From assembly GCA_965248535.1 (NCBI GenBank), contig CBDFJR010000002.1:992001-1056000 (forward strand): a stretch of 64,000 nucleotides of DNA, in the 5' to 3' direction. Origin of the DNA: Phormidesmis sp. Lineage in GTDB: Bacteria > Cyanobacteriota > Cyanobacteriia > Leptolyngbyales > Leptolyngbyaceae. The notes below the pieces were generated by a model. The model was not told where the DNA came from. It saw only the letters and a program-made list of their open reading frames with translations, and made no database searches. Below, piece by piece: positions 10,991 through 21,484 of the stretch; the stretch's first letter is position 1; every line of letters starts with the position of its first letter. The translations under genes and the position numbers were made by a program.

Positions 10991-13900
10991 TCAGCCGGAA
11001 TGGTTGGCTTTCTGACCTAAGAAAGCATATCGCCGCTTTGATTTTGGCTGACCGAGCTTTTCTCGCCACGCTTCCATGTAGATGTAGAAGACAGGAGTGA
11101 GATAAAGGGTCAAGATTTGCGAGAACAATAGACCCCCAACGATCGCGACCCCCAACGGCCGCCGCGCTTCTGATCCTGACCCGGTTCCTAGCGCGATCGG
11201 GAGGGTGCCAATCAGCGCCGCCAAAGTAGTCATCATAATCGGACGGAATCGCACCAGACAGGCTTCGTAAATGGCATCAAGCGGACGTTTGCCCTCAGTG
11301 CGCTGTTGCTCGATCGCAAAGTCTACCAGCATAATGCCGTTCTTTTTAACAATGCCGACTAGCAAAATAATGCCAATAAAGGAGTAGAGATTTAACTCGA
11401 CTTGAAAAATCAGCAGGGTCAATAATGCGCCAAATCCGGCCGAAGGCAGCCCTGAAAGAATCGTTAGGGGATGAATAAAATCTTCATAAAGAATGCCCAG
11501 AATCAGATAAATCACCACGATCGAGACCAGCAGCAGCCAGCCTAAATCATTAAACGACTGGTTAAACACCTGCGCCGAACCCTGAAAATTGGTCGTAACC
11601 GTAGCCGGGAGCAACTCACGCGCCGCTTGCTGAATCGCTGTGGTGGCTTGACTGAGCGAGACTCCGGGGGCCGTCTCAAAGGAGATCGTCGCGGATGGAA
11701 GTTGAGCGAGGTGAGTGACGGTGAGCGGCCCAACGGTTTGAGTAATGGTCGCGATCGCGCTCAACGGAATCGTTTGTCCGCCACTCGATTTGATATACAG
11801 CATCGACAGAGCGCTGGGATCACGCTGAAATTCTGGCTTCAGTTCCATGATTACGTAGAACTGATTGTTCGGCGTGTAGATTGTGGATACCTGCCCCGAA
11901 CCATAGGCTGCACTCAGGGTTTGTTCCACTTTTGCGGCGGTGATGCCCAGAGCGGCGGCTTTGTCGTGATTGACTTGCACCTGCACTTGCGGCGTGCTGA
12001 GTTGCAGATCGCTATCGACATTTCGCAACCCCGGCAAGGCTTTGACTTTATCTAACAGTTGCGGGGTGTATTGCCGGAGATCCTGCAAATTTAAACTCTG
12101 CAAGGTGAATTGATAGGTTGAATTGGTTTGTTGACCCCCGATCGGAATCGCCGGAGGAGCGCGCACAAACGCCTGAATGCCCGTCACGCGCCTCAGTTTG
12201 GGAGCAAGAGATTGCACCACTTGATCGGCACTGAGTGGGCGCTGCGATCGCGGCTTTAACCGAATCGTAATCCGTCCATTGTTCACCGAGGCATTGGGGC
12301 CGCTAGCTCCTACGGTGGAGTTAATCGCTTCGATGTTGGGGTCTTGACGAATAATATCGGCGATCGCCTGCTGGTGTTGCAGCATTTGATCAAAAGAGAT
12401 ATCTTGAGCAGCTTTGGTGTTGGCCATCAGTTGCCCCGTGTCTTCAGTCGGGACAAAGCCCTTGGGAACTAGCGTGAAAAGATAGACTGTGGAAACTAAA
12501 ATCAATCCCGATGCGATCAGGGTGACGAAACGGTATTTCAAAACAGGTTTAAGCGTCCATTCATAGCCGCGCAGCAGCCGATTGAATGCCCCTTCAGAAA
12601 TCCGGTAAAAGCGGCTGCGCTGGTGTGGATGAGATGTTTTAAGGAATCGGCTGCACAACATCGGAGTCAAGCTTAGAGAGACGAAGCCTGAAACCAAAAT
12701 TGCAACACTAATGGTCACGGCAAACTCATGAAATAATCGTCCGATTAATCCACTCATAAACATGATCGGGATAAACACCGCCACCAGCGAGAGCGTCATC
12801 GATAGAATCGTAAAACTGACCTCGCGGGAACCATTGAGAGCCGCTTCGAGACCAGATTCTCCCATTTCTTGGTGACGGACAATGTTTTCTAACACCACGA
12901 TCGCATCATCGACCACAAACCCAACAGAGAGCGTTAACGCCATCAGAGACAAATTATCCAGCGAGTAACCTAAGAGATACATCGCTGCGAATGTGCCAAT
13001 GATCGCTACAGGTAACGCTAAACTCGGAATAATTGTCGCCGTTAGATCACGCAAAAATAGAAAAATAACTAATACAACCAGACAAATCGACAACAGCAGC
13101 GTGAACTTGACATCATTTACTGAAGACCGAATCGATTCGGAGCGATCGTATAAAATTCCCATCTCGATCGATTGGGGAATCTGAGCGCGCAGACTGGGCA
13201 TCAGGGCTTTGATGGCATCGACAATCTCAACCGTGTTGGCATCGGGCTGAGGCTGAACTGCTAACACGATCGCAGGTTGATTAGTAATCGTTTCGTCGCT
13301 ATAGCGATTGGAGACTTTGTTATTTTGCACATCGTCAATCACCTGTCCTAGATCTTGCAGCCGCACGGCCGCCCCATTTTTATAGGACACGATCAGCGAT
13401 CGAAACCCATCGGCATCGGCGAGTTGTCCGTTTGCCTGAAGAATGTAGTTTTTGTTAGCCCCTGACAGGCTCCCCGTCGGCAAGGTGACGCTGCCTTGCT
13501 GAATCGCAGTTCTAATCTGATCGAGTCCAATTCCACGGCTTGCTAATTCTCGTGGGTCAAGCTGGACTCGCACTGCATATTGCTTTTGCCCAAAAACCTG
13601 CACCTGAGCCACGCCATTGAGGGCAGAAATGGGCTGCGCGATCGTGATCTCGGCGGCTTCGTCAACATCCGCGATCGAGAGCGTTTTTGAATAGAGATAG
13701 AGAAAGAGAATCGGCGCGGCAGACGGGTTAGCTTTTCGGTAGGTGGGCGGTCTGGGCATTCCAGCGGGCAGTTGTCCGGCGGCGGCTGAGATGGCTGATT
13801 GCACGTCTTTGGCGGCATCATCGACCCGACGGCTAAAATCGAACTGGAGAGAAATGCTAGTGCTGCCTGTTGAGCTGGTGGAGTTAAAGGAATTGAGTCC

Positions 13901-14125
13901 TGCAATTTCGGTAAATTGTCGTTCTAGGGGAGCCGCCACTGACGATGCCATTGTTTCGGGCGTGGCACCAGGGAGACTCGCAGAGACGTTAATTGAGGGA
14001 TATTCGACGTGGGGCAGAGCGCTGATTGGCAGCAGCCCATAGCTCATCAGACCGAAGATCACGATCCCCACCATGACTAATGTGGTCATGACCGGACGAC
14101 GAATAAAAAGTTCTGAAAGGTTCAT
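10991..14125 (-). CDS. RND efflux permease (MdtB/MdtC-like), copy B
   Basis: FIRRPVMTTL, GFVVDDAIVVLENI, GIVKKNGIMLVDFA, RFRPIMMTT. Confidence 0.93.
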   Translation of the reverse strand: MNLSELFIRRPVMTTLVMVGIVIFGLMSYGLLPISALPHVEYPSINVSASLPGATPETMASSVAAPLERQFTEIAGLNSFNSTSSTGSTSISLQFDFSRRVDDAAKDVQSAISAAAGQLPAGMPRPPTYRKANPSAAPILFLYLYSKTLSIADVDEAAEITIAQPISALNGVAQVQVFGQKQYAVRVQLDPRELASRGIGLDQIRTAIQQGSVTLPTGSLSGANKNYILQANGQLADADGFRSLIVSYKNGAAVRLQDLGQVIDDVQNNKVSNRYSDETITNQPAIVLAVQPQPDANTVEIVDAIKALMPSLRAQIPQSIEMGILYDRSESIRSSVNDVKFTLLLSICLVVLVIFLFLRDLTATIIPSLALPVAIIGTFAAMYLLGYSLDNLSLMALTLSVGFVVDDAIVVLENIVRHQEMGESGLEAALNGSREVSFTILSMTLSLVAVFIPIMFMSGLIGRLFHEFAVTISVAILVSGFVSLSLTPMLCSRFLKTSHPHQRSRFYRISEGAFNRLLRGYEWTLKPVLKYRFVTLIASGLILVSTVYLFTLVPKGFVPTEDTGQLMANTKAAQDISFDQMLQHQQAIADIIRQDPNIEAINSTVGASGPNASVNNGRITIRLKPRSQRPLSADQVVQSLAPKLRRVTGIQAFVRAPPAIPIGGQQTNSTYQFTLQSLNLQDLRQYTPQLLDKVKALPGLRNVDSDLQLSTPQVQVQVNHDKAAALGITAAKVEQTLSAAYGSGQVSTIYTPNNQFYVIMELKPEFQRDPSALSMLYIKSSGGQTIPLSAIATITQTVGPLTVTHLAQLPSATISFETAPGVSLSQATTAIQQAARELLPATVTTNFQGSAQVFNQSFNDLGWLLLVSIVVIYLILGILYEDFIHPLTILSGLPSAGFGALLTLLIFQVELNLYSFIGIILLVGIVKKNGIMLVDFAIEQQRTEGKRPLDAIYEACLVRFRPIMMTTLAALIGTLPIALGTGSGSEARRPLGVAIVGGLLFSQILTLYLTPVFYIYMEAWREKLGQPKSKRRYAFLGQKANHSG

Positions 14126-14172
14126 GAAGCTTGTTCTCCCAGAAATGCAGTGTAGATGCAATTCTCATCAAC

Positions 14173-14604
14173 TTATAAAATTGTTTGTTGTCTTTTTGGA
14201 CGTATATCGAACGCCAAACTAGCCCGGTAAAAGCACACATCAAACTCAGCAAAAAAATTCATATGTCCGAGAATTAAAGGCGCTTTCTGCGATGCTGTCC
14301 AAGCGAACGCCAATAGAACAGGCGAAAATCCAGCCACGATCGCTGACACCACCAAGCCTCGTGCTTCTAGAGAAGCTAAGTTTCCACCTAACTGGACTGG
14401 CACAGTTTGCTCTTCCCAAACAGCCCCCAGTTGTAGACCCATATCACGAGGCAAAACATTGACACTGGCTCCCGTATCTAGCAAGGCTATTGTCTCTAGG
14501 AATTGATTCCTATAAGTCAGCACTACGGGTAGATAGGGCAGGGTGCTGGAAAGACCGAGATTGCTAATTTTCTCAGTGAAAGGAAATCTTTGAGCGTCAA
14601 GCAT
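14173..14604 (-). CDS. Retroviral-like (clan AA) aspartyl protease domain protein
   Basis: ALLDTGASVNVLP catalytic motif and C-terminal LILGHMNFF. Confidence 0.8.
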   Translation of the reverse strand: MLDAQRFPFTEKISNLGLSSTLPYLPVVLTYRNQFLETIALLDTGASVNVLPRDMGLQLGAVWEEQTVPVQLGGNLASLEARGLVVSAIVAGFSPVLLAFAWTASQKAPLILGHMNFFAEFDVCFYRASLAFDIRPKRQQTIL

Positions 14605-14857
14605 CTCTCTCTTCCCTGGTTACCTCTAGTAAGTCTGACAAGGTTTGGGCGGCTCCATGCGACTCATAAGGAGACCAGACAACTGCTTCCGTTGAGGCTA
14701 GTTGCTGAAGCAATAATTCTTCTGACTGTCCATCCTGAGTGGCAGTTAAATTGCAGCCTTCTTCCTTAGCTACTGCTAGCAGCAAAAAATGGATCAGGCG
14801 TAATTTATCTTGGTGTGGGAGTTGACTAACGACAGGCAACAGTTCATTAAGAGGCAT
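14597..14857 (-). CDS. Small hypothetical protein coupled to the protease gene (antitoxin-like position)
   Basis: 86 aa, RBS GGAG, overlaps the protease start by 8 nt. Confidence 0.7.
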   Translation of the reverse strand: MPLNELLPVVSQLPHQDKLRLIHFLLLAVAKEEGCNLTATQDGQSEELLLQQLASTEAVVWSPYESHGAAQTLSDLLEVTREERDA

Positions 14858-14919
14858 ATCGAGACTCCTAAAAGGATTGAATCTAAGGTCAGCTTAACTT
14901 GGCAGATGGCATGAAATTC

Positions 14920-17900
14920 TCATCGACCTCCCATAAACGAGAAAACCTGACGAAATTTGACCTGGGTTATTTTTTTTCGCCACGCTTCCATGTAGATGTA
15001 GAACACAGGCGTGAGATAAAGCGTCAAGATCTGCGAGAAGACTAGCCCGCCCACTACGGCGATTCCCAACGGGCGACGAGATTCAGAACCTGCGCCAAAA
15101 CCGAGCGCGATCGGGAGGGTGCCCATCAGCGCCGCCATCGTGGTCATCATAATCGGACGAAATCGCACCAGACAGGCTTGATAAATGGCTTCCGAGGGTT
15201 TTTGGGCTTGCTCACGCTGGGCGGCGATCGCAAAGTCCACCATCATAATGCCGTTCTTTTTAACAATGCCGACTAACAGCATAATGCCAATGAATGAGTA
15301 AACGTTAAGCTCAACGTGAAAGATAATCAGGGTTAATAACGCTCCAAACCCTGCGGACGGCAAACCCGAAAGAATCGTGATCGGATGAATAAAATCTTCG
15401 TAGAGAATGCCGAGAATCAAGTAGATGACTAGAATCGCAATTAACAGCAAAAGCAACAGGCTGGGTAACGAACTTTGAAAAACCTGACTCGCTCCTTTAA
15501 AGCTGGTGCTAATGCTATCAGGAATGGTGGAATGAACGATCTCATCAATTTTGCTATTTGCTGCGCCGAGAGACACGCCAGGGGCGAGGTTAAACGAAAT
15601 CGTGGCGGCATTCATGCGACCCACATGATTCACCATTAGGGGTGCGGTTCCCGGCGAAATCGTCGCAAAAGTGCTGAGAGGAATCGCTTGTCCACTGCTA
15701 GAACTGTTGACGTTGCTATTACTCGCCGTGTCTCCAGTAGCATTGCTAACATTACTTCCCGTCGTGGTGATATAGAGCTTCATCAAAGCATTGGGATCTT
15801 GCTGATATTGAGGTTCCAGTTCTAAAATCACCTGATATTCATTGCTTGCAGCATAAATTGTTGAGACCTGATAGGCTCCGTAGGCATTTCTCAACGTGCT
15901 TTCGATCTGCTGGGCGGTGATTCCTAGGGCTGAAGCTTTGTCGCGATCGATATCCAGTTTGACCTGAGCCGTCATCTGAAGATCGCTATTGACATCCTGA
16001 AGTTCTGGCAGGGCTTTGAGTTTGTCAACCAGTTGCGGAACATATTGCTGCAAGGGCTGGACATCGGAATTTTGCAGCGAGAGTTGATAGAGTCCCGTGG
16101 TTTGCTGAGTGCCGATCGGGAGGGCCGGAGGATTTTGCAAAAAGACCTGAATGCCGGGAATGGTAGCGAGTCGCGATCGTAGACTTTGAATAATCTCATC
16201 CGCCTTCATCGAACGCTGATCTCGCGGCTTCAACCGAATAAATAAACTTCCAGAATTCCCGGCTACGGCGGCTCCGCTGCCACTGGCACTCGCACTCGCC
16301 CCGATCGTGGAGTTGACCGCATCCACATTGGGATCTTGACGAATCAAATCCGCAACGTCTTGCTGGTGACGCACTAGCTCATCAAACGAGGCATCCTGTG
16401 CAGCTTGAGTGATGCCCGTGATCTGCCCCGTATCTTGGCTGGGAATGAAACCCTTGGGCACCACCGCCAACAGCCCAACCGTAGCGATCAGCAGCGCCGC
16501 TGAAAAAATCATCATAGTGCGGTGATATTTTAAGGCTTTTTTGAGACTCCAATCATAGAGAGCAAGCACCCGATCGAAGGCCGCTTCAGAAGCCCGATAG
16601 AGCCGACTCTGGCGCGAGTGATCGACCGGACGCAGGAACCGACTGCACAGCATCGGAGTCAGACTGAGGGAGACAAACCCTGAGACGAGAATCGAGACCG
16701 CGATCGTCACGGCAAATTCATGAAACAATCGCCCCAGCAGTTCACTCATAAACAACATGGGAATGAACACGGCGACTAACGAAAGCGTCATCGATAAAAT
16801 GGTGAAACCAATCTCTCGTGAGCCATTCAGTGCTGCTTCAAGCGGACGTTCGCCCATTTCTAAGTGACGAACGATATTTTCGAGCATCACGATCGCGTCA
16901 TCGACCACAAATCCGACTGAGAGTGTTAACGCCATCAGAGACAGATTATCTAGCGAATAGTTCAACTGGTGCATTACCGCAAATGTGCCAATTAACGACA
17001 CAGGCAGAGCTAAACTAGGAATCACGGTCGCTGATAGATTTCTCAAAAATAAGAAAATGACCAGGACTACTAGCGCGATCGTCAAAATTAACGTGAACCG
17101 AACATCGTCTACCGATTCTCGAATCGACTGAGACGCATCATAAAGAACGCCGATCTCAACCGATGCCGGAATCTGTTCCCTCAGCTTTGGCAACAGTTTC
17201 TGAATCGTGTCAACGACCTGTACTGTATTGGTTCCAGGCTGACGTTGAATCGTTAAAATAATCGCTCGATCGTTGTTATACCAGCTTGCAACCTGATCGT
17301 TTTCTACGCTGTCAATCACTCGACCGAGTTGTTCAAGATAAATGGGTGCGCCATCTTTATAAGCAACGATGAGTTTTCGATAGGCAGCCGCATCTTGAAG
17401 TTGCCCGTTTGTTTGGACAGTATAGTTTTTGTTGGTTCCAGACAGGCTTCCCGTTGGCAGATTCACATTCCCCTGCTGAATTGCCGTTTGCACCTGATCA
17501 ATCCCCAGTTTTCGAGCCGCTAACGCTTGAGGGTTGAGTTGAATTCGAGCCGCATATTTTTGCGACCCATAGACGCTCACTTGGGCTACACCGCTAATTG
17601 TCGAGAGCTTTTGCGCTAAAAATGTCTCAGCATAATTGTCTACCTCCGACAGCGGCAGCGTTGGCGAATCGAGATAAAGATAGAGAATGGGCTGATCAGC
17701 AGGATTAACCTTGCTGTAGGTGGGCGGATTGGGCAAATCGTTGGGAATCTGCCCCGACGCTGACGAAATCGCCGCTTCCACGTCTTGGGCGGCATCATCA
17801 ATACTGCGGCTGAGATCAAATTGCAGCGTCAGTTGAGCTTTGCCAAAGGTGCTAGTTGAGTTGAGCGAGTCAAGTCCGGCAATGCTTGAAAACTGCTTTT

Positions 17901-18102
17901 CTAACGGGCGAGACACCGATGCCGCCATCGTTTCGGGGCTGGCTCCCGGTCGCGCCGCCGTCACCTGAATTGTCGGATAATCCACGCTGGGCAGGTCACT
18001 GATCGGCAGCGATCGGTAGCTCATCAACCCAAAAATAATGATCCCCGCCATCACCAAGGTCGTCATGATCGGACGGCGAATAAATAACTCCGAGAGATTC
18101 AT
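14920..18102 (-). CDS. RND efflux permease (MdtB/MdtC-like), copy A
   Basis: Same RND motifs as copy B; ATGA overlap with the adaptor gene. Confidence 0.93.
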   Translation of the reverse strand: MNLSELFIRRPIMTTLVMAGIIIFGLMSYRSLPISDLPSVDYPTIQVTAARPGASPETMAASVSRPLEKQFSSIAGLDSLNSTSTFGKAQLTLQFDLSRSIDDAAQDVEAAISSASGQIPNDLPNPPTYSKVNPADQPILYLYLDSPTLPLSEVDNYAETFLAQKLSTISGVAQVSVYGSQKYAARIQLNPQALAARKLGIDQVQTAIQQGNVNLPTGSLSGTNKNYTVQTNGQLQDAAAYRKLIVAYKDGAPIYLEQLGRVIDSVENDQVASWYNNDRAIILTIQRQPGTNTVQVVDTIQKLLPKLREQIPASVEIGVLYDASQSIRESVDDVRFTLILTIALVVLVIFLFLRNLSATVIPSLALPVSLIGTFAVMHQLNYSLDNLSLMALTLSVGFVVDDAIVMLENIVRHLEMGERPLEAALNGSREIGFTILSMTLSLVAVFIPMLFMSELLGRLFHEFAVTIAVSILVSGFVSLSLTPMLCSRFLRPVDHSRQSRLYRASEAAFDRVLALYDWSLKKALKYHRTMMIFSAALLIATVGLLAVVPKGFIPSQDTGQITGITQAAQDASFDELVRHQQDVADLIRQDPNVDAVNSTIGASASASGSGAAVAGNSGSLFIRLKPRDQRSMKADEIIQSLRSRLATIPGIQVFLQNPPALPIGTQQTTGLYQLSLQNSDVQPLQQYVPQLVDKLKALPELQDVNSDLQMTAQVKLDIDRDKASALGITAQQIESTLRNAYGAYQVSTIYAASNEYQVILELEPQYQQDPNALMKLYITTTGSNVSNATGDTASNSNVNSSSSGQAIPLSTFATISPGTAPLMVNHVGRMNAATISFNLAPGVSLGAANSKIDEIVHSTIPDSISTSFKGASQVFQSSLPSLLLLLLIAILVIYLILGILYEDFIHPITILSGLPSAGFGALLTLIIFHVELNVYSFIGIMLLVGIVKKNGIMMVDFAIAAQREQAQKPSEAIYQACLVRFRPIMMTTMAALMGTLPIALGFGAGSESRRPLGIAVVGGLVFSQILTLYLTPVFYIYMEAWRKKITQVKFRQVFSFMGGR

Positions 18103-19706
18103 GAATCGCCTCCTGCGGGCTTCAAGGGCTGACTTCCCCCCGATCGATTCCGTCTAGTTTTCTGAGTTCCTGTTGGGTTCGCATTTCCGTTATTAACAGT
18201 ATTTTGATTGCCGTCACTCGAACCGGGAGCACGATTTCCATTCATTGCCGGAGCCGTATTTCCGTTGACGTTGGGATTACTGTTACCCGCAGCGTTGCCA
18301 TTATTTCCACCCTGAGAGTCTGGTTTGGCGCGAATCTTGCTGCCAGTGACGAGATTTGCCTGACCATCGGTGACCACTTGATCGCCAGGTTGCAGTCCTT
18401 TTTGCACCACGTTTAACCCCCCGATCGAGTTGCTCACCGTCACCGGAACATTTTCAACCGTCGAGTCAGACTTAACAACAAACACAAACTGTCCGTTTGG
18501 CCCATTTTGCACCGCTTGAGCAGGCACCACGATCGCGTTTGGTTCTTGAGTCAACGTCAGCGTCGTGTTCACAAACTGACCCGGAAACAAATTCCCTTGA
18601 GCATTATCAAAGTCACCAATTAACTGAATCGTTCCCGTTGTGTTATCCACTGTATTGTTCACAAACGACAGCGTTCCCTGAGTTGGCGTATTGCTCCCCG
18701 CAAACGTCACTGAAACCTTGAGTTTGCCGTTTTCGGTATGTTTCTGAATCTCTGGCAAATTCGACTCTGGAACCGAGAAAGACACCTGAATCGGACGAAT
18801 CTGAGCGATCGTCACGAGCGGATTGGTGCTATTTGCCTGCACCACGTTGCCCTCGGTTACCAAGACGTTGCCAGCCCGACCGTCGATCGGGGCATAAATT
18901 TTAGTGTAAGACGACTGCACCTGGCTGCTCTGCAACGCTCCACCGTTGGCGCTAACCACAGCCTGAGCCGTCTCGATCGCCGCTTGATCGCCTTTCACCA
19001 CCTCTTGAGCATTGGCAATCGCCTCTCGATCAGACTGAAGCGTGGACTCAAAAACCTGGCTATTGGTCGCATATTGCTGCGCTTGATCTTGACTGATCGC
19101 CCCTTGCTTATACAAATTGTTGTAGCGATCGCTCTGGGCCTGAGCAAACTTAGCCTGAGCTTGATCTTTAACTAGGGTCGCCTCCGCCTGTCTCACCAGC
19201 CCCAAATCTCTTGCTAACGCGGCTCTCGCCTGCTGCACTTGGGACTGAGACACCGCCACCGTTCCCTGAGCTTGTTGAATCGAGGCGGTTTGAGTGCGAT
19301 CGTCGATCGTGAACAACAGATCACCTTTGCGGATATCTTGGCCCTTTTTGAAATAGACACCCGTGATCCGTCCGCCAACTTGCGGTGTGATAGAAACCGT
19401 CGATCCGGCTTGCACCGTCCCGATCGTTTGCAACTGTACCGGAACCGTTTTTTGAATCACCGTAGCCACTGTCACGGGCGTGATTTGCTCTCTGCTGTTC
19501 CTTCCGGACTGATCAGCAGGTTTAGCCGCAAACGATCTGATTCCAAAAAATCCCGCCGTCGCCAGCACTAACAGCCCGGCGATCGCCAGACCCAGCCGCT
19601 TTTTTGGGAGAGGTTGAGCGATCTGGGATACCTCCGTCTCCGTCAAATTTTGATCAGATTCATGAGCAATCTCATCCAGCGTTTCTTTAGGGATTTGTTG
19701 AGTCAT
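18099..19706 (-). CDS. RND periplasmic adaptor (membrane fusion protein, MdtA-like)
   Basis: N-terminal TM, coiled-coil hairpin, IYAPIDGRAG and LFPGQFV motifs; Asn/Gly-rich tail. Confidence 0.9.
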   Translation of the reverse strand: MTQQIPKETLDEIAHESDQNLTETEVSQIAQPLPKKRLGLAIAGLLVLATAGFFGIRSFAAKPADQSGRNSREQITPVTVATVIQKTVPVQLQTIGTVQAGSTVSITPQVGGRITGVYFKKGQDIRKGDLLFTIDDRTQTASIQQAQGTVAVSQSQVQQARAALARDLGLVRQAEATLVKDQAQAKFAQAQSDRYNNLYKQGAISQDQAQQYATNSQVFESTLQSDREAIANAQEVVKGDQAAIETAQAVVSANGGALQSSQVQSSYTKIYAPIDGRAGNVLVTEGNVVQANSTNPLVTIAQIRPIQVSFSVPESNLPEIQKHTENGKLKVSVTFAGSNTPTQGTLSFVNNTVDNTTGTIQLIGDFDNAQGNLFPGQFVNTTLTLTQEPNAIVVPAQAVQNGPNGQFVFVVKSDSTVENVPVTVSNSIGGLNVVQKGLQPGDQVVTDGQANLVTGSKIRAKPDSQGGNNGNAAGNSNPNVNGNTAPAMNGNRAPGSSDGNQNTVNNGNANPTGTQKTRRNRSGGSQPLKPAGGDS

Positions 19707-20281
19707 GGGATTCTTTAGAAGTCTCAAGTTCAAACAGCAGTCTATTAGTCTAAGAGACTAGCGTGTAGTCTGACCTAATGGGGTCGAGTCAAGCCTCACT
19801 CTGAGGGATAAGGTTCCCCCCGCGTCGGAAAGGTAGCCCGGCTGAAGGTCTGCGGCTCTTGAATTCACAGGAACGATGAACGCGATCGTGCCGACCAAAG
19901 CGAGTAAAACCAAGACGGGGAGAGGTTTGACATTGCACGGCATAAAATTCCCTTCATCTATATTCACAAGTCAATCATACGAAGTCTGCTTCCGTCAGCA
20001 CATCCCATCAGAGTCCTGACCCGACCTGTCAAATAGTACTCAACTATTTATGACTTTTTTCCTATTCAAAAGAGATTCACTCGGTCAAAATGCCTCTGTT
20101 AATTCCAGCGATAGATTCGCTATAACTCAACAATCCCTCAATAAACGATGGATAGATCTCTTTATTGCCTTGAACCTGAGCGCTCAAGAATGCCGATATG
20201 TTGTTAGATGGCTTGATCCCTTCTAGAATCAAAACACCGCGATCACTGTCGTCGCTTCAACTCCTAGCGGGGAACAATTCT

Positions 20282-21484
20282 ATGGCTCGTCTGCCCTATC
20301 AGTCGTTTCGATTGTTGCTCAACTTAGAGTGGTTGCTGCTGGCCACAGCAGTTTTTATGGAAGTGTTGCTGCCCTTTCGACCATCTTGGGCGGTGTTGGG
20401 GCGAGTCGGAGCGATCGCTATTTTCGCTTTAATGGGGCTGCGGCTCCCGATCGGAAAGCCTCGCATCCAACTACCTTACACCGCTTTAGAATTCGGATTG
20501 ATCCTCCTGCCCGCCATTCCAGACGGAATCTTCAATCGCTCTGTCTTTCTGCTGTGTTTAGTTCTAGTCATGCGGAGTTGCCTAATTTTTCAACAATTGG
20601 GGCAATTGATTGTTCTAGGATTATCACTCTTGACCTATGCAACCCTATTGTTAGCCAGACCCCTTGTGGTTGCAAAGATACCAACAATGATCCCAGACTG
20701 GCGATGGACTAATATTTTGTTGTCTAGTCTGACACTCATATTCGCCCTATTGTTGATCAATGCTCTGTTGTCTGAGTGCCAAAGCCGAGAGCAGTTAGAA
20801 ATTGCTCACCAAGAGCTAGAAACCACTCATGCTCAGTTGCGTCAATATGCTCTGCGAATCGAAGATCAAGCCACCCTGCAAGAACGTAATTGGATCGCCC
20901 GCGAAATCCACGATGGGTTGGGGCATACTCTCGCCGCCCAGACTATTCAGATCAACAATGCCCTACTGTTTTGGAAATCGGAAGAAGAGACGGCGCTAAT
21001 GTCTTTAAAACAAGCCAAGCAACTCGGAGCCGATGCCTTGCTCGAAGTCCGAAAATCTGTGTCTGTCTTGAGATCAAATCCCCTCAAAGGGCAGTCTCTC
21101 GAAGCTGCCATTCACAAGCTTCTCAGCGATTTTCAACGCACTACTGGCATGGTAGTTTCGAGCCACCTCCCCCGATCGCAGTCGTTGACCACAGAAATCA
21201 ACACCACACTCTACCGCATTGTTCAAGAATCCCTCACCAATATCTCTAAACACGCTCACGCGAAAGCGGTCACCGTTGAAATACAGCAACAGCCTGGCAT
21301 GATTCATCTGACGATCGTAGACAATGGCAATGGCTTCAACCCGACTCAAAACACCACAGGGTTTGGGCTGCAAGGAATGCAAGAACGGGCCGCCGCCGTA
21401 GGAGGCAAGTTCCATATCGAGACTCAGCCTGGCGCAGGTTGTCGCATTTCGATATCTCTCCCTCTACCGCAGCAATTACTATGA
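20282..21484 (+). CDS. Membrane sensor histidine kinase (HisKA_3, NarX/DesK-like)
   Basis: ERNWIAREIHDGLGH H-box, QESLTNISKHA N-box, DNGNGF and GFGLQGMQER G-boxes. Confidence 0.92.
   Translation: MARLPYQSFRLLLNLEWLLLATAVFMEVLLPFRPSWAVLGRVGAIAIFALMGLRLPIGKPRIQLPYTALEFGLILLPAIPDGIFNRSVFLLCLVLVMRSCLIFQQLGQLIVLGLSLLTYATLLLARPLVVAKIPTMIPDWRWTNILLSSLTLIFALLLINALLSECQSREQLEIAHQELETTHAQLRQYALRIEDQATLQERNWIAREIHDGLGHTLAAQTIQINNALLFWKSEEETALMSLKQAKQLGADALLEVRKSVSVLRSNPLKGQSLEAAIHKLLSDFQRTTGMVVSSHLPRSQSLTTEINTTLYRIVQESLTNISKHAHAKAVTVEIQQQPGMIHLTIVDNGNGFNPTQNTTGFGLQGMQERAAAVGGKFHIETQPGAGCRISISLPLPQQLL

Noticed and set aside
19758..19967. 69-aa ORF or structured RNA upstream of the efflux adaptor
   Set aside because: It has a hydrophobic stretch but no recognisable family or RNA motif; left uncalled
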